Assembly (NCBI GenBank): GCA_044229145.1
Contig: JBGATO010000076.1
Span: forward strand, 1-21,789
Direction: 5' to 3'
Origin: Candidatus Eiseniibacteriota bacterium
GTDB taxonomy: Bacteria > Eisenbacteria > RBG-16-71-46 > CAZEPH01
DNA length: 21,789 nucleotides
Shown here: piece by piece, positions 1 to 8,900 of the stretch
How positions within the stretch are numbered: the first letter of the stretch is position 1
How the letters are laid out: every line of letters starts with the position of its first letter
Position numbers and translations under genes: made by a program
Notes under the pieces: generated by a model
What the model was told of the DNA's origin: nothing
What the model saw: only the letters and a program-made list of their open reading frames with translations
Databases searched by the model: none

Positions 1-154
1 GGTGACCGCGCTGCCGGTGCCGGCCAGCCGGGTGCTCGTGAGCACGTTGCCCTTGGCGTCGTACGTGTAGTCGGTGTTGCGGCCGAGCGCGTCGGTGGCG
101 CGGGTCAGCAGGTTGCTGCCGGCCTGCCGCGTGAACGTGGCCACCTGCTGCTCG
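1..154 (-). repeat. 5' end of an orphan Rhs module (duplicate of Rhs YD-repeat core), truncated by the window edge
   Basis: Bases 1-154 match 2479-2632 (offset 2478) with only two mismatches (141-142). They encode EQQVATFTRQAGSNLLTRATDALGRNTDYTYDAKGNVLTSTRLAGTGSAVT on the minus strand. There is no in-frame ATG in the 155-205 spacer; a possible GTG lies at 144-142. Confidence 0.85.
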
Positions 155-205
155 AGAGCCGAGTCCGCGTGGGATTGAAAATCAAGCCTGGCTCCCGTTC
201 TCCTC

Positions 206-439
206 TTATGGCATGCCCTTCGGCTTGATTTCGGGATACTTGACGTAGAGCCACTTCACGATGTCAATGTAGAGGATACCCAGCACGTCGCCAACGGACC
301 GACGAAACTCCCGAAAATCATCCTCTGACATTTGCGGTTGAAGGCTTCGGAGTAGCTCGTTTAACTCGAGATCAAGAGCCAGAAAGTGCTCATTGATCCG
401 GACAGCCAATGCCTTGTCGACAACTTCGGTTTCTAGCAT
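206..439 (-). CDS. Putative Rhs immunity protein (77 aa, helical, no signal peptide)
   Basis: Its ATG (439-437) overlaps the Rhs stop TAG (435-433). It is small, visibly AT-richer than its neighbours, and sits in the standard toxin-immunity position. Confidence 0.75.
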   Translation of the reverse strand: MLETEVVDKALAVRINEHFLALDLELNELLRSLQPQMSEDDFREFRRSVGDVLGILYIDIVKWLYVKYPEIKPKGMP

Positions 440-3400
440 CCGCGTTCCCTCAAGCAGTCATTCACACACCGGAAGAACGGAAACCCCTGTGAGCATCGTT
501 CTTTCGTCGGAAGCTGGCAATCGGAACAGTATTCACGACACTGTTGCCCGATTCTCTTGCAGTCTTTGGGTTCATCGTCACGAGGAATCGGGGGTGGGGT
601 CGGCGTCGCGTTCTTGCACGCCCAATACACGGCACCAATGACGACTCCGCCAACGGCGCAAGGGATTGGCGCCGCAACACATGCGGCCGCGAATGCCGCC
701 GCCGGGTTCTTCCCGGAAGGATCAGACAGATTGATCGGATCTCCACCAACATACGCATACAGGTTTGCGCCTGCTGCAAACTCGATCGGATCTTCGGCCG
801 CAAACCGCCCGGTAGAGAACGCGTAGTACCGCGCGCGGTAGTAATACAACTCCGCCGTATCCTGCTCCCTCCCCGTGTACCGCTGACTGTTGTCGCTCGC
901 CACCCCCGTCTGCGTCGTCTTCCCGTACGGCTCGTAGCTGTAGCTGGTCTGGATCACCCCCGCCGCGTCCGCCTCGGCAATGATCGTCCCCAAGTGGTCG
1001 GTCAGCAAGCTGCTGGTCGCGGCTCCCTTGATCCTTGCGTAGACCTCATCCAGCCCCAGTCCGCTCAGCACGTTCGCGGTCACGGCATTGGCCTGGTCGC
1101 GCTCCTGCGCGAAGTTCCACCCGTCGTACACGAACTGCGTGGTCACGCCGTTGATCGCCTTGCGCTGCCGCCGCCCGAACCCGTCGTATGCGTAGCTCGC
1201 CACCGTGGTCGCGCCCTGGTGCAGTTCGATGAGTTGGTTGCGCGCATTCCAGACGTAGCTGTAGGTCCCGTCGCCGGTCAGGTTGCCGTTGCGGTCGTAG
1301 GTCAGGCTCTGCCCGCCCCACTGCAGCAACTGGTTGTTCGCGTTGTGGCTGGTGGTCGCGACCGGACTCGGCAGCTCGGTCCGCGCGAAGCTGCCGCCGA
1401 TGCTGGTCCGCCGTCCCGCCGCGTCGTACGTGTAGCTGAGATTGCCCAGCGTGGTGGCGCCCTTGACGTAGGTGATCCCGGTCAGCTGGCTCGCGTTGTC
1501 GTACGTGTAGTTGATGGCCACCCCGTTGGGCAGCGTGGTGCGGGAGCGCCGGTTGGCGTTGTCGTACGTGAAGGCCACCGTCTGGCTGCCCTGCACGATG
1601 CTCGTCAGCCGGTTGGCCGCGTCGTAGGCGTAGCTCACCGCCGCCTGCCCCGCCACCGTCATGGTCTGCCGCAGGCCGTTGGCGTAGTAGGCGTAGCTCA
1701 CCGCCCCCTGCGCGGTGCTCTCCTGGGTCAGCCGGTCCAGCCCGTCGTAGGCCCGGGTGACCGTTTCGGCCTGGGAGTCCGCCACGCTCAGCAGCCGGTT
1801 GCCGGCATCGAAGGCGTAGCTGATGGTGCTGGTGTAGGCGGTCGGGGACCCCGGCGTGGCCCCGAACCCGGCCTGCACCCGGCGGTGCAGCGCGTCGTAG
1901 GCGAACCCGCTCACCTGGCCCTGGCGATCCGTGACTTGGGCGAGCTTGGACCCGGCGTCGTAGCCGTAGCTGTCCGCGTTCCCCAGCGCGTCGCTGCGGC
2001 TCTCCTGCCGGTTCAGCGCGTCGTACCCGTAGCGGGTGCGATTGCCCCTCTGGTCGACGTGCGCGGTCAGGTTGCCGTAGGCGTCGTACTCGTAGCGCAC
2101 GCTGCCGCCCAGCGCGTCGGTGCTCGCCGTCACCCGGCCCAGGAGGTCGTAGGTGGTCGTGCTCGCGTTGCCCAGCGGATCCACCACCCGCACCACCCGG
2201 CCCAGCGCGTCCGGGTACAGGTACGTGGTGCGGTTGAGCGGGTCCTTGACGCTCGCCAGCACCCCCGCCGTGTAGGTGTAGGTCGTGGTGTGGTTGAGCG
2301 CGTTGCGCACCGTCAGCACCTGGCCCTGCACGTCGTAGGTCAGGTTGGTCTGGTGGGCCAGCGGATCGGTGATCCGGGTCAGGTTGCCCACGGCGTCGTA
2401 GGCGAACGTGGTGGTGCGGTTGAGCGGGTCCCTGATCGATGCCACCTGGCTGAAGTCGGCCGTGTACGTGTAGGTCGTGGTGACCGCGCTGCCGGTGCCG
2501 GCCAGCCGGGTGCTCGTGAGCACGTTGCCCTTGGCGTCGTACGTGTAGTCGGTGTTGCGGCCGAGCGCGTCGGTGGCGCGGGTCAGCAGGTTGCTGCCGG
2601 CCTGCCGCGTGAACGTGGTGACCTGCTGCTCGGGCCGGCCCAGCGCGAACGTGTTGCGGGCCACCCGGCCCCCGGGCCCGAACTCGATCTTGCGGACCAC
2701 GCCGCGCCGGTCGGTCACCTGCGCCTCCGCCACCGTCGTACCGTTGAGCGTGTAGGCGAACTCGCTGGTGCTGGCGTCGGCATGGGTCTGTCGGATGACC
2801 CGCCCATTACCGTCGTACTGGTTGGTCACCGTCAGGTTGCCGCGCGGATCGCGCACCGCGAGCATCCGGTCGGTCGCACCGTCCCACGTGTACTGCCATT
2901 GCCCGCCGGCCGGATCGGTGGCCGTGGTCATGCGCCCGGCCGCGTCGTAGCCGTAGGTCCAGGCGCGTCCCGCGTTGTCCTCGGCACGCGTGATCCGCAG
3001 GTTGGCGTCGTAGGTGAACTCGATGAAGCGCCCGTTCGGGGACTGGATCTTGTTGAGTTCCCGCAGCGAGCCATAGCCGGCATCGGTGCGGAAGAACCGC
3101 GTCACGTTGCCGTTGCGATCGGTGATCGACGTCACCCGGCCGCCCAGCTTGTTGAACTCGTATACGGTGCCGTCCCGGGTGGTGATCACCCATCCCGTCG
3201 TGACCCGCATCGTCGCGCCGAAGAAGTGCCCGGGGTCGCTCGATGCGACCCACAGCCCCAGCGAGTAGTTGATGCAGCCATTGGCACAGGTGAAGACCAC
3301 CCGCCCGCCGTTGGCGGTCGCCAGCCAGAACTCCGCAATGCTCGCGGGATTGGGGTTGTAGACGTACGGCTCGAGACCGGACATCATGCCGCGCCCGAAC

Positions 3401-5823
3401 TCGCGGCTGCGCCCGTCCTGCGAGTAATGCAGACGGCGCAACGCGATCGGCATGACGTCGGCGATCCGCAAGTCGGTGTGCGTGTGCACGAACTGGCCGC
3501 TGGCCGTGTGCACCGGGTCGCCCGCGTTCGGGTCCGCCGGATTGCGCTCCTCGGGGCTGCCGGGACCGCTGTCGCCGCCGCTGCCCCCGTCGCCTGAGCC
3601 GCCGCCTGAACCAGCGCCGCAGCAATCGCAGTCGCATGGCGGCGGGTTGGGATTGGCGCCGATCGAGAAGCCCGTGAACTGGTACAGGCCCACCCCGTCG
3701 TCGGGCAGGATCCGCGTCTCGTCTGCCGATACGCGGCCCATGCCGTAGGGGTGCCATTCGCGCTCACTTGCGTCGTAGCTCCAGAACACGATGCGATCGT
3801 CGGTCGCGAACTTCGCGTAGTTCGGGTACACGACTTGCGCCTGCCGCGGCCGGCCGTCCGCGCCTTCCAGCCGTGCGTTGCCCGGCTGCAGCGTGAAGTA
3901 CACGGGAAACTCGGCGAATTCGGGCATCGGGTACGGCGCCCGGTCGACCGGAATCGGCGTGATCGAAACGCGCGTCACGATCCTGCCGGCACGATCGCGA
4001 ATCAGCGTTCCTGCAGGAATGCGCACTTCCAGGCCCGGCATCTGCGGATGTGTGATGACCACGTCGTTCGTCGTCGGGGCCGCCAGCGTCACTGCGTTCG
4101 CGACGTCGATCTTCGGAAGCCAGATGGAGAACGGCAGGACCGTCGTCTGCCACGGCTGTGCGTCGACATTGATCTCGTAGTACCCGTACTCGGCGCCATC
4201 GCAATCCGGGACCGAGCCGTCCACGGTGAGCACCTGCGATCCCGGTGCTACGCCCCGCAGCAGGAACAGGCCGTGCTGATCGCTGCGCGTCGAACGACCA
4301 CCGGCGCTTATGACCACTCCAGGCAGTGGCTGACCATTGAGGCGGAGAATCTGACCCGCGATCGCGGTTTCCCCAGCGGGCGCGACGCGCGCGAGTTCCC
4401 GCGGGATGACCGACGCCGGCCGCCCGCTGGCCCAGCCCTTTCTCGGGACTGCGGCGATGTCCGGGATCCAGTTCTCGTCGGCCGCCTTTCCGCAGGGCGT
4501 TACCGCCGCATCGGCCAGCGTGAAGCTCCCGATGGTCAGGTAGTCGGACGCCTGATTCGACACACCGTCGGCTGCCGCACCAGCTACGCGCATGGCCGTC
4601 GTCGGCCCATCCGATGGCGTTGCCGGAGGTTGCGTGAGTCGCACGTCTGCCGTCTGCGCCTCGGTTGCGGCGCGTTCCGTCGAGGGTGCACGGGCGGCAC
4701 GCTGGGTGGCGTCGGATGCGCTCCCGGTACGCCAATCCAGCACCGTGAACGGCAGCGCCAGCCCGGCCAGGCTTCTCGCGCCGCGCACGAACAGCGTGTA
4801 CGTCGCGTGCGGATTGAGGTCCTGGGCCGGCGTGACGAACGCCAGCAGTCCGCCCTCGGCGGCGACGACGCGCAGCGGTATGCGGCCATTGGGACCGATC
4901 AACGTAACGGCTTCCCCGGAAAGCGACTCGCCGGCCAGCGGTGTCGAAAACCGCAAGGTCAACGTCTGGTCCAACGCGATTGGCGTTGCCCGCTCGGGGT
5001 GGACGCCGGTCAACGACGGCACGGCGTTCGGCACAGACGCGTCCGGCAGATAGCCGGTGGTAGCGCGATCCAGCGGACGGAACGCGCGGGCGTCCGGCTC
5101 GAATAGCTCTGCACGAAGCGCGGGTTGCAAGCGTCGGTCGAGCCCTCCCCAGACAAGCACCGGCGCGCTCGGCAACAGCGATGCCAGGTGTCCGAACCGC
5201 ACCGTTTCCACGCGTGCGTCGAAACGGTCGACCGAATCCGCCCGGATGTCGAACAACTCCACGTCCGCAACGGGTTCCCCGTCGCCCCCGAGGCCGCCTA
5301 CGATCAGGAGCCTGCCGTCGGTGAGCAACGTCGCCGTATGTTCCGAGCGCGCGACCAACGGCAACGCGACGGACTCGAACGCACTTTGCCGGGCGTCCAG
5401 CCGCTCGGCTACGCCGACGATCCTGCCGTCGGCACCCACGCCACCCAACACAAGAACGGTGCCGTCGGGCATCACGGTGGCCGTGTGCCCGCTGCGGGCA
5501 TGACGCAGGCCGCCGCCGATCGCGTAAGTCTGGTTGGACGCGGCGTCGACCAGATTCGCCTCTCTCGACACGGCGCCGTCGCGCTCGCCGCCGATCAGCA
5601 GCCATCGACCGTCGGGCAACCGGGTCGCCGATTGCCCGTGCGTTGCGGCACGGGCGCCGGCGAGGAGAACCGGGCTGCTCGGGACTGCTATCGCTTCGAC
5701 CTGGGCGCCGCCGTGGCCGGACAACGCGAGCGCGGCGCTTGCGATCGCCATCGACACTACCAAGCGGGTCAGCGCACCGAACCTGCGCGTTGCCGCCATG
5801 CCGTTCTCAATGCGCGTGTGCAT
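433..5823 (-). CDS. Secreted Rhs/YD-repeat protein: signal peptide, 4 Kelch repeats, Ig-like domain, carboxypeptidase-regulatory-like domain, DUF6531-type GDPV domain, YD repeats, Rhs core, Cys-rich C-terminal tip
   Basis: Kelch motifs such as ARSGHTATVMPDGTVLVLGG; GDPVHTASGQF; many YxYD repeats; core YTGREQD...YYYRARYY...GRFAAEDPI...NLYAYVGGDPINLSDPSG. The start is uncertain: ATG 5823 has GAGG upstream and precedes a hydrophobic signal peptide; ATG 5958 overlaps the upstream stop (ATGA); 5844 and 5799 are also possible. Confidence 0.92.
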   Translation of the reverse strand: MHTRIENGMAATRRFGALTRLVVSMAIASAALALSGHGGAQVEAIAVPSSPVLLAGARAATHGQSATRLPDGRWLLIGGERDGAVSREANLVDAASNQTYAIGGGLRHARSGHTATVMPDGTVLVLGGVGADGRIVGVAERLDARQSAFESVALPLVARSEHTATLLTDGRLLIVGGLGGDGEPVADVELFDIRADSVDRFDARVETVRFGHLASLLPSAPVLVWGGLDRRLQPALRAELFEPDARAFRPLDRATTGYLPDASVPNAVPSLTGVHPERATPIALDQTLTLRFSTPLAGESLSGEAVTLIGPNGRIPLRVVAAEGGLLAFVTPAQDLNPHATYTLFVRGARSLAGLALPFTVLDWRTGSASDATQRAARAPSTERAATEAQTADVRLTQPPATPSDGPTTAMRVAGAAADGVSNQASDYLTIGSFTLADAAVTPCGKAADENWIPDIAAVPRKGWASGRPASVIPRELARVAPAGETAIAGQILRLNGQPLPGVVISAGGRSTRSDQHGLFLLRGVAPGSQVLTVDGSVPDCDGAEYGYYEINVDAQPWQTTVLPFSIWLPKIDVANAVTLAAPTTNDVVITHPQMPGLEVRIPAGTLIRDRAGRIVTRVSITPIPVDRAPYPMPEFAEFPVYFTLQPGNARLEGADGRPRQAQVVYPNYAKFATDDRIVFWSYDASEREWHPYGMGRVSADETRILPDDGVGLYQFTGFSIGANPNPPPCDCDCCGAGSGGGSGDGGSGGDSGPGSPEERNPADPNAGDPVHTASGQFVHTHTDLRIADVMPIALRRLHYSQDGRSREFGRGMMSGLEPYVYNPNPASIAEFWLATANGGRVVFTCANGCINYSLGLWVASSDPGHFFGATMRVTTGWVITTRDGTVYEFNKLGGRVTSITDRNGNVTRFFRTDAGYGSLRELNKIQSPNGRFIEFTYDANLRITRAEDNAGRAWTYGYDAAGRMTTATDPAGGQWQYTWDGATDRMLAVRDPRGNLTVTNQYDGNGRVIRQTHADASTSEFAYTLNGTTVAEAQVTDRRGVVRKIEFGPGGRVARNTFALGRPEQQVTTFTRQAGSNLLTRATDALGRNTDYTYDAKGNVLTSTRLAGTGSAVTTTYTYTADFSQVASIRDPLNRTTTFAYDAVGNLTRITDPLAHQTNLTYDVQGQVLTVRNALNHTTTYTYTAGVLASVKDPLNRTTYLYPDALGRVVRVVDPLGNASTTTYDLLGRVTASTDALGGSVRYEYDAYGNLTAHVDQRGNRTRYGYDALNRQESRSDALGNADSYGYDAGSKLAQVTDRQGQVSGFAYDALHRRVQAGFGATPGSPTAYTSTISYAFDAGNRLLSVADSQAETVTRAYDGLDRLTQESTAQGAVSYAYYANGLRQTMTVAGQAAVSYAYDAANRLTSIVQGSQTVAFTYDNANRRSRTTLPNGVAINYTYDNASQLTGITYVKGATTLGNLSYTYDAAGRRTSIGGSFARTELPSPVATTSHNANNQLLQWGGQSLTYDRNGNLTGDGTYSYVWNARNQLIELHQGATTVASYAYDGFGRRQRKAINGVTTQFVYDGWNFAQERDQANAVTANVLSGLGLDEVYARIKGAATSSLLTDHLGTIIAEADAAGVIQTSYSYEPYGKTTQTGVASDNSQRYTGREQDTAELYYYRARYYAFSTGRFAAEDPIEFAAGANLYAYVGGDPINLSDPSGKNPAAAFAAACVAAPIPCAVGGVVIGAVYWACKNATPTPPPIPRDDEPKDCKRIGQQCREYCSDCQLPTKERCSQGFPFFRCVNDCLRERGC

Positions 5824-5954
5824 CGCGTCTGCCTCGGTGGACATCGTTCCCGCGCTCTCTCGTGGACCCAAGTCACACGGGAAAACTGGCGGCTTGCGTC
5901 TCGCCCCCGAGCACTGCCGCGGTACAAGTCCGTTGCGAAGGCTGCCGCCGGCGT

Positions 5955-8900
5955 TCATGGCGTCTTCACGACCGTCATGCTGACGGTCGCGCCGTAGTAG
6001 GGGTCGATCACCAGCGTGTAGACACCGGTCGTCGCAAGCGCACCCAGGTTCATGGTCAAGCCCGTCGCGGTACTCGACTGACTTGCCTGTTGGGTACCAT
6101 CCGGTTTTAGGACCGTTGCCAGTACGAGCTGACTGGGCGGCGCGGTGACGAGGTTGGTGATCGCGACCACCGCGGTTTCACCCGCCGTTGCGCTGAACGT
6201 GTAGCGCGCGTTCTGCCCCGCACGCGTGAGATTCACGCCGGTCGGCAACCCGCTGGCCAGGGTCCCGATCGCATCGCTGCTCAGCGTCAGCGTCCCCGCC
6301 AACGTGCCGCCGCCGCCCGGAATCAGGATCATGCTGTAGGTCCCGCTCTGCGGCAGATTCGTGAGGTTGACCTGACACCCACCGTCCGGATCGCTCACGC
6401 GACAGCCAACCGGCTGAAGGAGCAGCGTCCGGTCCGGCTTGTAGACGTATACGACGTTCGAGTACCCGGAGTTCGGCGTCTGCGTCATCCCCCGCAACCC
6501 CAGCCCCAGGTTCTGCCCCGCCGTCGCCACGAACGACAGGTGCCGCCCCAGCCCCGGTACCGTCGTGCTCACGTTCAACGACGCCCCGTCCGCAAGCAGG
6601 TCGCCCGCCGGGTTGAGCGTCAGCGTGAAACTCGCCGTCGCCCCGTAGGCCGGATCCACCACCACCGTGTACGTCCCCGCCGTCGGCAGCGTCGCCGACA
6701 GCACCGCGCCGTCGTTGTTCGCCCCCAGCGCCGTGCTCGTCGTCGCCAATATCGTCCCGTCCGGCTTCAGCAGCGTCAGGTAACCTCCGACCGTCGCCGG
6801 TACCGTCGTCATCTGCGCCAGTTGCACCCCCACCAACTGGCCCGCGCTCCCACTGAACGTGTAGCGCGTGTTCTGCCCCGCACGCGTGAGATTCACGCTG
6901 CTCGGCACTCCGCTGGACAGGGTCCCGGTCGCGTCGCTGCTCAGCGTCAGCGTCCCCGCCAACGTGCCGCCACCGCCCGGAATCAGGATCACGCTGTAGG
7001 TCCCGCTCTGCGGCAGATTCGTGAGGTTGACCTCACACCCGCCGTCCGGATCGCTCACGCGGCAGCCAACCGGCTGCAGGAGCAGCGTCCGGTCCGGCTT
7101 GTAGACGTATACGACGTTCGAGTACCCGGAGTTCGGCGTCTGCGTCATCCCCCGCAACCCCAGCCCCAGGTTCTGCCCCGCCGTCGCCACGAACGACAGG
7201 TGCCGCCCCAGCCCCGGTACCGTCGTGCTCACGTTCAACGACGCCCCGTCCGCAATCAGGTCCCCGACGGGATTGCGAGTTAGCGAAAAGGCCGCGGTCG
7301 CCGCATACTCCGGATCAACGGAAACCGAGTACGTGCCTGTCGTCGGCAAGGTGGCCGAGACGATCGCACCGTCGTTGTTCGCGCCCAGCGCGCTGTGGGT
7401 TGTCGCGAGCACCGTGCCGTCCGGGTTGCGCAGCGTGAGGTACGTCACGATCGTGGCCGGCACCGTGGCAAGCTGTGCGAGCTGCACGCCAACCAGCTGC
7501 CCCACGGTCCCGCTGAACGTGTAGCGCGCGTTCTGACCGGCCCGCGCGATGTTCACGCTGACCGCCGTGCCGTTCGCCAGCGTTCCCGTCAAGTCGCTGC
7601 TCAGCACGAGCGATCCGCCTGCAACCGATCCCGCCGGCGGAACGACGACGATGCCGTAGTTTCCGGTCGCAGGCAGATTGGAGAGGTTGGTCTGGCAGGC
7701 CGGACCCGGGTCGCTGAGTCGACAGCCGATCGGCTGCTGCAACAAGCTGCGGTCCGGCTTGTAGACGTAGAGCGACGTTGCATACCCGCTCGCCGGCGCC
7801 TGCGTGATCGCGGTCATCGCAAGGCCGAGGTTCTGGCCGCTCGTTCCCGCGAACCGGATTCGAGCACTCTGGTATGGAAGCACGGCGGGAATTGCCTGGG
7901 CGGCGCCGTTGACGGCGAGCGTCGGCGCGGATTTGATCGCCAGCGAAAAGCTCGCGGTTCCCGTGCCCGCACTCAACATGACGGTGTAGGTACCGGCCAT
8001 CGCCAACTCGCGCAAGTGTCCGGACAGCGCCGTCGCATTAACGCTCGCGCTATCGACCACCGCGCCGCGCGGGTCGTACAGAACAAGCGAAACCGTACCG
8101 CTCGAGGCGGTGACGCCCGAGAACTGCAGGCTGAGCCAGTCGCCCGCAGCGCCGTCGAACACCACGAGTGCGACCTTGCCGGCCATGGCGATGTTGATCG
8201 GCAACGACGCACCATTGACCGCGAGCCGTCCCGTTGCAACGACGTCCGCTGCCGTAAGCGTTCCCGGTGGCACGAAGAAGTCTGCCGACGAAGTCGTGGC
8301 CCCGAGTGGCGTCGTTACCCTGATCTTCCCCGACGTGGCGTACGCAGGCACGCTCGTCATGAGCTGGCTTGCCGTGCTTGCGGACACCTCGGAGTAGAGT
8401 CCATTGAAGTGCGCGCCGTTGCTCGCCGGAGACGGATCGAAGTTGGTCCCGTTGATCGTCACGGCGGTCCCGAACACGCCGACCGAAGGCGTGAAGCCGG
8501 TGATCGTCGGCGCTCCCGCATTGGGCGCAACGATGAAGTCGGTCAGGCTCGTCGCGGTGGTCGTGCCGACCGTGACGGTGACCCGGCCCGTCGTCGCACT
8601 CGCGGGAACGACGGCGACCAGCTTGGTGGGCGTCGCGCTGGAGATCGTGGCCGCCACCCCGTTGAACCGTACGGCGTTGTTGGCAACGGTCGCCGAGAAG
8701 CCCGTGCCGTAGATGGTCACCGACGCTCCGACCGCACCGCGATTCGGGGTGAACTCGACAACCGCGAGCTCGCCTGCGGAAAACCGCTTAATCTCGACGA
8801 TGTTGCCGGCTGAATCGTAGACATACTGTGCCGCCTCTCCGCTCGGCGCGTAGACACCGACGAGGCGCCCCACTTCGTCATAGGTATAGTCCACGGCGGC

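Noticed and set aside
1..2632. The 1-154 / 2479-2632 duplication as a DGR template/variable pair or target-site duplication
   Set aside because: No reverse transcriptase or transposase is in the window, and two mismatches show no adenine-specific pattern. An orphan Rhs cassette explains it.
544..3597. 1017-aa plus-strand ORF
   Set aside because: Antisense shadow of the Rhs gene. It is rich in V/G/R/A with no motifs, as expected from strong GC3 bias.
6193..7800. Repeats as a CRISPR array or mobile element
   Set aside because: They are long, in-frame coding repeats with no spacers, cas genes, terminal repeats or transposase.
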